Of a stretch of 64,000 bases of DNA, positions 1 through 10,070 are shown piece by piece. Within the stretch, counting starts at the first letter, position 1. Each line of letters starts with the position of its first letter. The notes below the pieces were generated by a model, which was not told where the DNA came from, searched no databases, and worked only from the letters and a program-made list of their open reading frames with translations. A program made the position numbers and the translations under genes. This stretch comes from Bryobacterales bacterium (GTDB taxonomy: Bacteria; Acidobacteriota; Terriglobia; Bryobacterales; Bryobacteraceae): positions 11,083 through 75,082 of the forward strand of contig JADLCF010000223.1 in assembly GCA_020847315.1 (NCBI GenBank). The letters are read 5' to 3'.

Positions 1-1
1 C

Positions 2-565
2 CGATGGCCCACCACGCTCACGCTTGATCAACTTCGCCAGGTCACCGGCCTGCCTCTCGATAGTCCCGCGCAGCCGCCCGCGCTCGACTACTTCTGCAAC
101 AATACCGTCCGCTATGCGCTCGGCGGCGTGCATGTCTCGCTCGATATCCGGTGGGATGTGGAACCGCCCGCCGGAGTGCCCGACACGGAATACGTCCTCT
201 TCCGCGGCAGCCGCGCCCGCGTGGAGATTCGGCAGGAGAAAGAGGCGAACTGGCGTCCGGACGTCCACGTACTCCCCGAAATTCCGGCGGACCGGGCAGC
301 TTTGCGCGAAGCGCTTGAGAACCGCATCGCCGCTCTGCAATCCACCTTCGATGGGCTCGCCGCGCGCGAATGCGGCGAAGGGTTCCGCCTCGACATTCCC
401 GACCGCCACCGCATCGGGCATGAGGCGCATTTTTCGAAACTCGCAAACGCCTTCCTTGAAATGGCGCGAAACCCGGCCACCGTGCCGGCCTGGGAGCATT
501 CGTGCCTGCTCGCGAAGTATTTCGTCACCACCGAAGGCGTCGCGCTCGCGCGACGAGAGTTATAG
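2..565 (+). CDS. oxidoreductase C-terminal-domain protein (Gfo/Idh/MocA-associated type); 5' end lies outside the window
   Basis: Frame 2 is open from nt 2, with no stop before the tracked GTG at 128, and ends at TAG 563-565. The tail '...PAWEHSCLLAKYFVTTEGVALA' resembles the putative oxidoreductase C-terminal domain carried by Gfo/Idh/MocA enzymes. Recognised by eye only. Confidence 0.45.
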   Translation, partial: RWPTTLTLDQLRQVTGLPLDSPAQPPALDYFCNNTVRYALGGVHVSLDIRWDVEPPAGVPDTEYVLFRGSRARVEIRQEKEANWRPDVHVLPEIPADRAALREALENRIAALQSTFDGLAARECGEGFRLDIPDRHRIGHEAHFSKLANAFLEMARNPATVPAWEHSCLLAKYFVTTEGVALARREL

Positions 566-1156
566 ATTCAGGGGTTCCGCTTCCGGCTTTGCCTCGCCAG
601 GATACGTGACGGTGGTCCCGTTCACCTTCGCCCAAGGCGTCATTCGATGAAGTTGCGTCCCGGTGAGGCTGGTGATCTCCCGCGCTTCGATCCCGCGGGC
701 AAGCAGCGCGTCCGCGATCAGCGAGCGATGGCACCGCCAGGGCACGGCTTCCGCGCACATAATCGCCACGGGCTCCGCCTTGGCCAACGCGATCAACTCA
801 TCGAGATGCTCCTCGAATTCCGGCGTCTGCATGTAGTCCGCAAAGCCGCGAAAACTGGCGTTGCGCCAGCCCGTATTGATTGAATTCGCATGTTTAGGCC
901 GAAACCCTCCCAGCCCGCGCAAATAGGTGTAGTGCAGATGCGCCGCGTGCAACGCGCGCGACAACTCATCCCGGTTGAATTGCGGGTTGTGTCTGGAACG
1001 CGGAACCGTGCGCACATCCACCAGCCGCTTCACCCCATGCACCTTCAGCAGATGAAGGAATTCCTCGATCGGGCGCGTGGAGTGTCCAATCGTGAAAATC
1101 ACCAGCGCCCCCGCCGCCTCGCCGCCTGCGGCGTAGCCTGTCTCCGGATCAACCAT
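560..1156 (-). CDS. DUF488 domain-containing protein
   Basis: 198-aa ORF starting at ATG 1156. 'IFTIGHSTRPIEEF..LVDVRTVPRSRHNPQFNRDEL' and 'AIMCAEAVPWRCHRSLIAD' match the DUF488 signature. It overlaps the convergent CDS by 6 nt. Confidence 0.85.
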   Translation of the reverse strand: MVDPETGYAAGGEAAGALVIFTIGHSTRPIEEFLHLLKVHGVKRLVDVRTVPRSRHNPQFNRDELSRALHAAHLHYTYLRGLGGFRPKHANSINTGWRNASFRGFADYMQTPEFEEHLDELIALAKAEPVAIMCAEAVPWRCHRSLIADALLARGIEAREITSLTGTQLHRMTPWAKVNGTTVTYPGEAKPEAEPLNL

Positions 1157-1210
1157 ATCGGTAAGACGGAGTCGCAGGGACCTTCGTTTTCCAGGGAGGC
1201 GCAGAAGAGC

Positions 1211-3637
1211 TTATTGCTTCCGCCCCGCCTTTCCATCGCCCCCCGCCGTGCTCACCTCCACCGTCCTCGCGCCGCGCGGCCAATCGAACGCCAGCACGCC
1301 TTCCGCACTCGCCTTCACGGCACGCCCGTTCACTCGGTACTCCCCGCCGCGCCGGGCATCCATCAGCAGACACCGCTTCGCGCCGTTACCTCGTAACCTC
1401 ACGCCATCAAGCGCTCCCCCATCCCGCGAAAACACCACCACGGTCTCGCCCACCCGCGCGGCATCGGCCCCATCGCCCGCCTCCCAATTCTCCACGGCCG
1501 GCAGCGTGCGCGCATCGTCCGTCAGCCTCGGCAGCAGCACATTCAGAAACTGCGTGTGCTCCCCCGGAACGGTTGGCTCCAATTCCGTTCTCCACACGCC
1601 AGGCTGTTTCGAATCTGTGGCGCGCGGCGGCGCGGCGGATTCGAGGCTCACCCCATTGAAGCCATTTGCCTGGTCCCCGTCCTTCTCAACGTAACCCCGA
1701 TAGTGCGGCCCGCCGATCTTGAGAAACCGTGCGGCCTTGGGAAGAACGGCCACCTGCGTCAGCCTGCCGCGATCATGCGTCGTCACCATGCGCCGGTCGC
1801 TGCTTTCAAGAATTCCGTCTTCTGCGCTTTCTCCCGTCAGCAATCGCTCATGCGGGCTCTCCGGCTTCGAAAAGCCGTGCAGAAGAAACTTTGGCAGGTA
1901 CGCGGGATTCGTCGTCTCCACCCGGTCATGCACCACGAACGCCTCTTCCTTCCGGAGGTACAAGTACTGCCGGGTTACCTTCCGCAACTTTGCCGTGCTC
2001 CCCGGCTCCGCGTACCGCGTGGAATTGTATGCCGCCGTCAGGTCCACCGCGATGAAATCGAAATCGCCCGGCGCGCTTGCAAACGCCGTGATGTCCGCCC
2101 GCTCCAGGTGCGGCCCACTCGTGAGTTGAGCCTTGTAGTGCGCCACGGAATCCGCACTGAACCCCGTGGGGCTGATGACGCGCTGCCCGCCCGAGAGCGA
2201 ATCCCATTCCCCCTTCGACAGTTGCCGCACGCGCACCGAACTTTCCCCGGGGGCCAGAATGAGCAGGCAATTCGAAGCTACGGATTGCACGGCATAGCCG
2301 AGCCGGTAAACTCCCGTATAACTGTTCCCGTTGTAGACGCCCGTTAAACCCGTGAGTTCGCCGCCGCGCTGGATGCTGAAGGTCCCCGCGTCGTAATGAT
2401 CGTGGTGCGCGAGCAGATCGCCCGCCTTGAAGCTGGCGTAGAGTTCATCGCGGTCGCCCCAATCCCCGCGGAAGAATGCCACTCCCAGCGAGTCCCGTCC
2501 GAAGAGCATCGATTGCGGCAAATGAGCCCGCAACCACAACTCCGGCTTCGCGGGGTCATACCCGGTGGCTGGCCGCGGGGATGGGTCATAGGAAAGCGCG
2601 ACATACCAACTCAAGCCGCGCCCGGCATACGGATTGGGGGAGCGCAGGCGGAAGTAATCGCCACCGGCCATGAGAGAAGGGTCCCGCGTAAGTTTCGCGG
2701 CGTAGTCCATGCTCATTTCCCAATAGCCGATCGTGCCGAGTTTCCCGCTGTAGCCGGCATCACCGTAAGGTTCGAACGTCCCGGCCGGCGTGTATTGGTA
2801 CAAGGTCCAAAGGCCGATCTTGCGCATCACGGAGCGTATGCCGATACCGGCCAGTTGCTCCCGCCCGGTCGCGGTCAGAAAACAATCGGCGGCCATCACA
2901 AATGGCGCCGCCCGGTTGTGAACCCAATAGCTGGGGCCTTCGGGCCAGCCTTCCGAAAAGTCGTACGCGCGGAGCGCTTCGGCGTAGTGGGCGGCTGCGC
3001 GTTGCAGGTTCGTTTCTTCCCCAGGGCGATCCCCCAGGGCGAGTGCGGCGATCATCGCCCCGTTCGCCGCCTGGCTCCGCCCATGCCACATGGCCATCTC
3101 GTTGTCATCGAGATGCGCAAGTTCCGTCAGGAGCCGCTCTCTGATCCGGGCAGCCGCCGCATCCCGCTTGTCCGGCGAAAGCAGAGGGTGATCGTAGAGC
3201 CAATCCCAGGCCATCGCAAATGCCCAGACATCGGAATAGTCGCCGGAACCGCTTCTTGTGATCGGAGCACTCAGAAGGAGGTCGACCGCAACGCCAGCAT
3301 AGCGATCATCGCCGGTTACGATCCAAAACGCGGCGAAGGCTGCCGGATTCTTCAAGCGATCGGTAGCGCCGAGAGCCTTGTCGAAGATCCGTCGGAACTC
3401 CGCGTCCGCGGCGTAGAGCCCTCTCACCTCCGCAAAGCTTCGCCCCGGAGAGGAACTCCCTTCCGGCTTGAATATCAGGCGCGGATGGGCGGGCAGAAGT
3501 GGGACAGTTTCCACAGCGCGCGGCGGCAAATAGCTGGCCCGCGCAGGCTGGTTTGCTTGCGCGAGAGACATTCGCGCGCCGATCAAGGCGGCGAAGCCGA
3601 TCACCACCGCAATTCCGAACCGGTTCGTCTGCTTCAT
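1211..3637 (-). CDS. heparinase II/III-like family protein (exported polysaccharide lyase-like)
   Basis: The tracked ORF is 1211..3787. I place the start at ATG 3637, which has GGAGG 8 nt upstream and gives a signal-like N-terminus MKQTNRFGIAVVIGFAALIGARMSLAQA. 'LLAHHDHYDAGTFSIQRGG' resembles the heparinase II/III C-terminal domain motif. Confidence 0.6.
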   Translation of the reverse strand: MKQTNRFGIAVVIGFAALIGARMSLAQANQPARASYLPPRAVETVPLLPAHPRLIFKPEGSSSPGRSFAEVRGLYAADAEFRRIFDKALGATDRLKNPAAFAAFWIVTGDDRYAGVAVDLLLSAPITRSGSGDYSDVWAFAMAWDWLYDHPLLSPDKRDAAAARIRERLLTELAHLDDNEMAMWHGRSQAANGAMIAALALGDRPGEETNLQRAAAHYAEALRAYDFSEGWPEGPSYWVHNRAAPFVMAADCFLTATGREQLAGIGIRSVMRKIGLWTLYQYTPAGTFEPYGDAGYSGKLGTIGYWEMSMDYAAKLTRDPSLMAGGDYFRLRSPNPYAGRGLSWYVALSYDPSPRPATGYDPAKPELWLRAHLPQSMLFGRDSLGVAFFRGDWGDRDELYASFKAGDLLAHHDHYDAGTFSIQRGGELTGLTGVYNGNSYTGVYRLGYAVQSVASNCLLILAPGESSVRVRQLSKGEWDSLSGGQRVISPTGFSADSVAHYKAQLTSGPHLERADITAFASAPGDFDFIAVDLTAAYNSTRYAEPGSTAKLRKVTRQYLYLRKEEAFVVHDRVETTNPAYLPKFLLHGFSKPESPHERLLTGESAEDGILESSDRRMVTTHDRGRLTQVAVLPKAARFLKIGGPHYRGYVEKDGDQANGFNGVSLESAAPPRATDSKQPGVWRTELEPTVPGEHTQFLNVLLPRLTDDARTLPAVENWEAGDGADAARVGETVVVFSRDGGALDGVRLRGNGAKRCLLMDARRGGEYRVNGRAVKASAEGVLAFDWPRGARTVEVSTAGGDGKAGRKQ

Positions 3638-3865
3638 CTGCATTTCCTCCGTGATCGAAACAATCGAGCAACCCGCATGGAAACTCTGCTTCAGAACTGC
3701 CGGGATTTGCCGTCGGCCACTGTCGCCGCGGCATCCGCCCACCCGCGCTACGTCGGCTTCCACACCGTACGGCGAAATCTTCGGCAAATTCCGCGCGGCG
3801 CTATTGACTCAGAATCCGAATAGTGATTGAATCAGCCGTAAGATAAATTAACAAACTAACCCTTG

Positions 3866-5086
3866 ATGCGCAATTCCCCCGAAAGCTCCGACTCCCGCCG
3901 CATTGGCTTCTCCGCCATGCGCAGGTTGAACGGCGCTTTCCTGCTCGATTTGTTGCGGCAGAACGGACCAATCTCACGCGCTGAACTGGCGCGGCTCAGT
4001 GGCCTCACCAAGCCCACCGTCTCCAGCCAGATCACCCGCCTTTTCGAGAGAGGCATCGCGATGGAAGATGGCATTGCCGTGCCGGACACACGTGGAGGGA
4101 AGCCCTCGAAATTGCTACGCTTCAACCCGTCACTCGGCAATCTGGTCGCCATCGAAGTGAGCGCAGCCGAAGTACGCCTCCGGCTTGCCGACCTGGACGG
4201 AACCACGCTAGATACCTCTGTCGCGCCCATCCATCCCGAGCAGGGCGCCAGCCACATTCTGGAAACGGCGGTCCGGGCCATGAATCGCATGTTGATGCGC
4301 GAAGCCGGCCGCAGAGAAAAATTGATGGTAGCCGCCGTCGCTGCCCCGGGCCGCATCGATACCGGGAGCGGTGTCGTTATAGAGGCGGGCAACGTATTCG
4401 ATTGGAAACACGTTTCCGTTCGGGAGCCATTCGAGCGTGCATTCGGGGTGCCCGTGCTGGTCGAGAACGATGTGAATTTCGCCACCCTGGGCGAAATGCA
4501 CTTCGGTTTTGGCCGGGGCATCCAGAACTTCATATTTATCCGGTTGACCACCGGCATTGCCGCCGGCCTGGTTCTTGATGGAAATCTGTACCGGGGAACT
4601 CACGGAACCGCGGGCGAAATCGCTCACATGGTTTTTGACCGGGAAACCGCCGCGGGAGCCCTCGACCCTCGCGGCTTCCTTGAAGCCGCTATCGGGCGTG
4701 ACCGCCTTCAAGAGCGCATTCAGGCCGTCAAATCCCTCACCGTCGCCACGGCCAGTTCCGGAACTGATGGCGGCCAGGAGTTGATGCAGGCGATTCGTGC
4801 TGGTGATCCCATCGCCGCCACCATTGCCAACGACCTCGAATCGAACCTCACCCTCGCCGTGGCCAACATCGCAGCAGTGGCGGATCCCGAATTGATCATC
4901 CTGGCCGGGGACCTCTTCCACCTCGTGGCCGATAAGATTCAATCGGCCGTAGCACACATCATTCCATGGCCCGTCCGCATAGAAGTGTCCGCGCTCGGAG
5001 ATGAGGCCGTGCTGCTTGGCGCTATCGGCGCCGCTCAAGATCTCGCTCATGACTTGCTCTGCGAAACATCTTCGCAGACCGTGTGA
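3866..5086 (+). CDS. ROK family transcriptional regulator
   Basis: N-terminal winged-HTH 'ISRAELARLSGLTKPTVSSQITRL' followed by ROK sugar-kinase-like motifs ('ENDVNFATLGE', 'GTHGTAGEIAHM'). The tracked start 3863 is a TTG immediately followed by ATG 3866. Divergent from the heparinase-like gene. Confidence 0.85.
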   Translation: MRNSPESSDSRRIGFSAMRRLNGAFLLDLLRQNGPISRAELARLSGLTKPTVSSQITRLFERGIAMEDGIAVPDTRGGKPSKLLRFNPSLGNLVAIEVSAAEVRLRLADLDGTTLDTSVAPIHPEQGASHILETAVRAMNRMLMREAGRREKLMVAAVAAPGRIDTGSGVVIEAGNVFDWKHVSVREPFERAFGVPVLVENDVNFATLGEMHFGFGRGIQNFIFIRLTTGIAAGLVLDGNLYRGTHGTAGEIAHMVFDRETAAGALDPRGFLEAAIGRDRLQERIQAVKSLTVATASSGTDGGQELMQAIRAGDPIAATIANDLESNLTLAVANIAAVADPELIILAGDLFHLVADKIQSAVAHIIPWPVRIEVSALGDEAVLLGAIGAAQDLAHDLLCETSSQTV

Positions 5087-5120
5087 ACTTCAGGAAACTC
5101 AGCTTAGGGGGTACCTTCCG

Positions 5121-8100
5121 ATGCTCGAAAACATGAAGCGCCTCGCGCTTTTTGTGGTGATGCTACTCATCACCGCACTGCCAATGCTTTCCCAAACGGG
5201 AACAGCAACCATTCGTGGCTCCGTATACGACGCTGCCCGCGCGGCCGTCCCGAACGCCACAATCATCGTAACCAACCAATCCACCAACGCGGCGCAGCGA
5301 GCCACCAGTTCGTCGGTGGGGTTTTTCCTTTTCTCCGGCCTGCCGCCAGGAAAGTACCAACTCACGGCGGAGCTTACCGGATTTAAGAAATGGGCAACTG
5401 AGATCGAACTTCGGACAGGAGACATCACCGTCGTGGATCCGATGCTGGAAGTCGGAAGTGTCGATGTCGTCGTCGAAGTCAGTGGCGCCGCTCCAATCAT
5501 TGCAACGGAGAGCTCTGAACTTGGCGACGTGAAGGATAAGCTTCGGATCCAGCAACTCCCGTTGAACGGGCGATCCGTAACAACGCTGTTCGACTTGACG
5601 CCCGGCGTGAATGGTGGAGGCAACGCGAGAGTCAACGGATTGAAGGTTGGCTCCATGGATATTACTCTCGACGGAATGTCGATGGTGGACCGCTTCGGCG
5701 GCGGTATCGCGCGCGTGCAACCCGGCCTTGACACCATCGAAGAGTTCCGGATCGAAACCGTCGGATCTGGCGCGCAATTCTCGCGCCCGGCCACTGTGAC
5801 GCTCGTCACGAAGAGCGGAACGAACCAGCTTCATGGTTCCGCCTTTGAAACCTTCCGTAACAATGCTGCCGGCCTCGTCGCCCGGCAGCGCCAGGCGGGC
5901 AACACATCGCCATTCCTGGTGCGGAATGAATTCGGCGCTTCGGCGGGCGGGCCGGTCTTCATTCCGAAGTTCTACGATGGGCGCAACCGCACGTTTTGGT
6001 TTGTCGCCTACGAAGGCCTGCGCGAACGTGCAAAGAGAATTTCGAACGGCAACGTTGTCCCCACCGTCGCCATGTGGGATGGGGATTTCACGGGAGCGGT
6101 CGACAACAACGGAAATCTTTCCGTCCTTTATGACCCAATGACAACCGGAATTGACGGCCGCAGGACACCGTTTCTTGGAAACATCATCCCGAAAAACCGT
6201 CAGAATCCCGTCTTTGGCGTCCTTCGTTCGGTCACTCACATGCCGACGAACAATGTCAATCCGTATATTGGCGGCAACATGGATGAGATTTACTCGGACC
6301 GCACCAATACGGATAACCTCACGCTAAAAGCGGACCAGGTGATCAATGACCGAAACTCACTCTCGTTCCGTTACACCCGGTCCTACCGCCAGTCCGCGGT
6401 CACCGGTGGCGTCTTCGGCACGCCGCGGGCGGACATGACGAATGGTTTCGGTACAAGCCGTGGAGATTACTACGTCTATAACGGCACTTCGCGCTGGACC
6501 AGCACCATTACACCCACATTCCTTAGCGAATTGATGGTGGCAGCGCATTACGCGCCCAAGAGTTCCGGGACTTTGGCGGATTTCACCGATTGGCAATCTC
6601 AACTGGGCTTCCCGAACCCGTTCAAAGCCAACGGCTGGCCCTCTCTCTACGCCGGCGATTTTGGCTGGGACGGAGACAACCGCAAGGATGAGAACCTCGG
6701 CGCTTTTGTGATTGACGAGAATCTCACCTGGATCCACTCCAACCACACGGTGAAATTCGGTGGCCGCTTCCGTCCGGAATCGAACGCGGTACAGGAACTC
6801 GCCCAGACAATGGGCGATGCGGAATTCGGAGGCGCGTGGACATCACAGTATGATCCCGTGCGCGATGGCTCAGTGGAGTATACCGGTGATGGGTTCGCGG
6901 ATCTGGCGCTCGGCCTGCCGGCCTATGTCGGCGCGCAGTTCAACCGTGGCTTCTTCAATTTCCGCCAGAAGGAAATCGGTCTCTATGTGACGGATGCCTG
7001 GAAAGTGAATTCGAGGCTCACCCTCGATATCGGATTGCGATGGGACAAGTGGACCGCATACAAGGAGAAGGACAACCGTCTCGTCAATGTGGATCCACGC
7101 TCGATTGGGACCGTTTTCCAGGTGGTCACCCCGGGCGACATAAAGCTTGAGGACATGAAAAACGTGCCCTCGGGCGTTGTGAGTTCCTGGGCCGCGCGTG
7201 GCCTCACCTGGGTGACTGCCGACGAAGCAGGGCTGCCGAAGAACCTGGTTGCCGGCGACAGCAACAACTTCGGCCCGCGTCTTGGCTTTGCTTACAAGCT
7301 AACCGATAAGACTGTCCTTCGCGGCGGATACGGGGAATACTACTGGACGATGCCGCTATCGCAAATCCTGCAGGCAGCACGCATCAATCCACCGCTCGCG
7401 CTGCACTTCAGCACGGATGTCTCGACCCTCGACGGAACCGGATCTTTCGGTATCCGCACCCTGCCGAAGCCCGAATACTTTGTCGGAAAGGTGACGATCG
7501 ATACCAATGGCGTCGTTCCAATCAGCAGTTCCGCCAGAAGCATGTCCACGATGGATCCGTTCGATTGGAGGGATAGCAAGGCGCGCTCGTATCACTTTAC
7601 CCTCGAGCACGAGTTCATGAAGAATACGGCCGTCCGGTTTAGCTATATCGGCTCCCAGGGGCGCGACCTCGAGCAGAAGTATTCGATCGGCGGGAGAGAA
7701 GCGGAGTTCAACTACGTCGCGCGTACTGGCATGGCGCCTCCCTCGAACCGCGACGAACTGCGCGAGAACAAAAATTGGAGCCTCAACGCAACCAACCACA
7801 CCGGCTATTCGAACAGCCACAGCTTCCAGGCCGAGGTGGAGCGGCGATATACGAACGGCCTCTCTTTCCAGGCGTTCTATGTCTTCTCCCGTTCGCTCGG
7901 GACTACGGATGCCGGAGGTTCCACATCCGGCAACGGAACCATCAATGCCACGAATGGCCTCTTCACCGTGCCCGAAGCCGATCAGATTCTGGGTGGAGGC
8001 GCGAACACGACCTATGAGGATCGTCTCCGGCTGGGCTATCAGAACTCGACCAACATCCCGGCGCACACCGTGCGGTACAACTGGCTCTACGAACTGCCCT

Positions 8101-8717
8101 TTGGCAAAGGCAAGGCATTCGGCGGGAATGCAAACCGCGCCGTTGACGCTCTCATCGGCGGGTGGCAAGTGGCCGGAAACGCATTCTGGCGTGGCGGCTA
8201 CTGGATGGGGGTCAATTCGGCCCGCTATCTGTTCGGAGACCCGACGCTCAGCGACGATCAGCGGCTCACGATGACTTACGCCGGGCGCAAGCGCCTTCTG
8301 TGGTTCGCGGGCGACTTTGATCCCAAACTGGCGACGGATGTCGATCAGAACGCATTGCAGGCATTGATTCCCGTTGATCGGGCCCAGCGCATACTCCGGC
8401 CGGTCGGCGTGAATTTCTCGAACCAGATTCCCCAGGTCATGAAAGACGGGAAGGTGCGCAACACCTCGATCACCGACACCGTGAGTTGGAACTCCCGCGC
8501 CTTCTACCGAGGGCCTGGGGCATGGAATGCCGATGTCTCGCTGTTCAAGAACTTCAACCTCACCGAACAGGTCGGCTTGCGATTCACAGCGGATTTCTTT
8601 AATGCGTTGAATCACCCAACCGACGCTTCACCCGACACGACAACCGGTCTTCAGGACCTTTCCGTGCAGAGCAACGGCGCTCGCACCATTCAGTTCTCTC
8701 TCAGGCTGAACTGGTAG
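5121..8717 (+). CDS. TonB-dependent receptor with carboxypeptidase-regulatory-like N-terminal domain
   Basis: Signal peptide 'MKRLALFVVMLLITALPMLSQ', then 'TIRGSVYDAARAAVPNATIIVTNQSTN..GFFLFSGLPPGKYQL' (CarboxypepD_reg-like), then a long barrel ending '..TIQFSLRLNW' with an aromatic C-terminus. AGGGGG lies 9 nt upstream of ATG 5121; ATG 5133 is an alternative start. Confidence 0.85.
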   Translation: MLENMKRLALFVVMLLITALPMLSQTGTATIRGSVYDAARAAVPNATIIVTNQSTNAAQRATSSSVGFFLFSGLPPGKYQLTAELTGFKKWATEIELRTGDITVVDPMLEVGSVDVVVEVSGAAPIIATESSELGDVKDKLRIQQLPLNGRSVTTLFDLTPGVNGGGNARVNGLKVGSMDITLDGMSMVDRFGGGIARVQPGLDTIEEFRIETVGSGAQFSRPATVTLVTKSGTNQLHGSAFETFRNNAAGLVARQRQAGNTSPFLVRNEFGASAGGPVFIPKFYDGRNRTFWFVAYEGLRERAKRISNGNVVPTVAMWDGDFTGAVDNNGNLSVLYDPMTTGIDGRRTPFLGNIIPKNRQNPVFGVLRSVTHMPTNNVNPYIGGNMDEIYSDRTNTDNLTLKADQVINDRNSLSFRYTRSYRQSAVTGGVFGTPRADMTNGFGTSRGDYYVYNGTSRWTSTITPTFLSELMVAAHYAPKSSGTLADFTDWQSQLGFPNPFKANGWPSLYAGDFGWDGDNRKDENLGAFVIDENLTWIHSNHTVKFGGRFRPESNAVQELAQTMGDAEFGGAWTSQYDPVRDGSVEYTGDGFADLALGLPAYVGAQFNRGFFNFRQKEIGLYVTDAWKVNSRLTLDIGLRWDKWTAYKEKDNRLVNVDPRSIGTVFQVVTPGDIKLEDMKNVPSGVVSSWAARGLTWVTADEAGLPKNLVAGDSNNFGPRLGFAYKLTDKTVLRGGYGEYYWTMPLSQILQAARINPPLALHFSTDVSTLDGTGSFGIRTLPKPEYFVGKVTIDTNGVVPISSSARSMSTMDPFDWRDSKARSYHFTLEHEFMKNTAVRFSYIGSQGRDLEQKYSIGGREAEFNYVARTGMAPPSNRDELRENKNWSLNATNHTGYSNSHSFQAEVERRYTNGLSFQAFYVFSRSLGTTDAGGSTSGNGTINATNGLFTVPEADQILGGGANTTYEDRLRLGYQNSTNIPAHTVRYNWLYELPFGKGKAFGGNANRAVDALIGGWQVAGNAFWRGGYWMGVNSARYLFGDPTLSDDQRLTMTYAGRKRLLWFAGDFDPKLATDVDQNALQALIPVDRAQRILRPVGVNFSNQIPQVMKDGKVRNTSITDTVSWNSRAFYRGPGAWNADVSLFKNFNLTEQVGLRFTADFFNALNHPTDASPDTTTGLQDLSVQSNGARTIQFSLRLNW

Positions 8718-8730
8718 CGTTAACCTCAAC

Positions 8731-8763
8731 GGGCGGGGGCTCTTCGTAGCCCCCGCCTTTTTC
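8731..8763 (+). terminator. rho-independent terminator after the TonB-dependent receptor gene
   Basis: 10-bp GC stem (ggcgggggct 8732-8741 / agcccccgcc 8748-8757), 6-nt loop, then TTTTT at 8758-8762. It begins 14 nt after the stop codon. Confidence 0.75.
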
Positions 8764-8829
8764 ATTTCCGCGCCCTTTTTCTTTTCCGGGCAATGCCCCC
8801 ATCCCCTCCGCTGTGATATAGAAATTGAG

Positions 8830-9822
8830 ATGCCTAACCGAATTGACAGACGTCAGCTTCTGCAACTTGCCGCCACCCTGCCCGCTGCCCTCGGCGCCTC
8901 GGCCCTCAGCGCCGCGCAGCCGTCCGCCGACGACGCCAAGGCTTGGCAGGGGATCTTCGTGATCATGCAGACTCCCTTCCACGAAGACCTGGCCATTGAC
9001 GAAGACTCCCTGCGCAAGGAGACCGACTTTCTCTGCCGTGGCGGCGTGCATGGCGTCATCTGGCCCGCGGGAGCCGGCGAATCGAGTTCGATCTCCCATG
9101 AAGAACGCATTCGCTTCTCTCCCTCGGTCGTCAAGGAAGCGAAGGGGCGCACCAAGGTCCTCATCGGCGTTCACGGAGCCAATAAGTTTGAAGCGATGGA
9201 GTACGCCCGTTTCGCCGAGAAGATCGGCGCGGATGGGTTGCACGCCCTCGGACCAACCGACGATTTCGGGGACCAGAAGTACATGGAGGATTACTTCACC
9301 TCCATCGCCTCCGTCTCAAAGCTGCCGATGTGTCTCCAGGTTTCGAACGCCGGCATGACCACCGATTTCCTCCTCCGCATGGCGGAGAAGATTCCGTCAG
9401 TGCGCATCCTGAAGCTTGAGATGGGAAACCTCCCGCATGAAGTAGAGCGGGTGCTGCGGGAGCGGAAACGGCCCGATGTCTACCCGTCCACCGGGGGCGG
9501 CGCGATGAATCTCTACACGGAAATGGTGCGTGGCTCCGGCGGCACCATGGCGGGCGCCGGCTTCGCCGATATCCAGGCCAAAATCTGGGATTGGTATCAC
9601 GAAGGCAAGAAGAAAGAATCCCTCGAACTTTTTGAGCGCTTCCTGCTCTCCGCCGTTATGGAGCGGAGAACCACGTTCGTGCTCATGAAAGAGATTTTGC
9701 GCCGCCGCGGCATCTTTAAGAACGTCGTCATGCGTCGAACGAGCCGCTTCACCATGGATGCGTCCGATCTCCGCGAACTCGACGAGATCATGGAATTGCT
9801 CCGGCCCGATTTCCGTGTCTGA
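8830..9822 (+). CDS. DapA/N-acetylneuraminate-lyase family class I aldolase-like protein with RR-type signal peptide
   Basis: 'GVHGVIWPAGAGESSSISHEER' fits the DapA/NAL family G-x-x-G-E motif. 'VRILKLEMG' sits where the Schiff-base Lys strand is expected. The N-terminus 'RIDRRQLLQLAATLPAALGASALSA' is twin-arginine-like. Confidence 0.6.
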   Translation: MPNRIDRRQLLQLAATLPAALGASALSAAQPSADDAKAWQGIFVIMQTPFHEDLAIDEDSLRKETDFLCRGGVHGVIWPAGAGESSSISHEERIRFSPSVVKEAKGRTKVLIGVHGANKFEAMEYARFAEKIGADGLHALGPTDDFGDQKYMEDYFTSIASVSKLPMCLQVSNAGMTTDFLLRMAEKIPSVRILKLEMGNLPHEVERVLRERKRPDVYPSTGGGAMNLYTEMVRGSGGTMAGAGFADIQAKIWDWYHEGKKKESLELFERFLLSAVMERRTTFVLMKEILRRRGIFKNVVMRRTSRFTMDASDLRELDEIMELLRPDFRV

Positions 9823-10070
9823 TGCAGTCCGCGAGTTCGCGCATCCCGCGAAACGCTCCCGGCATCGGTCGCAGTGTGCGAGATGTAAAATTTTCTATTC
9901 CGTGGGAGGGAGCCCTGCAAGAATCGCTGGATTCCGCCGAACCTCGACCGGTCCGAACCCGGAAATCAGCCGTTCGGCAGGCCTCCCGGCCCTCAATGGG
10001 CAGCTTTGCCGGATTTGGAATCGCGCGTGCATATCCTTTGCTAAATCGGCGAATCAATTCGTCCGAAACT

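Noticed and set aside
2396-3823. 475-aa plus-strand ORF
   Set aside because: It is antisense to the heparinase II/III-like gene and shows the same compositional artefact.
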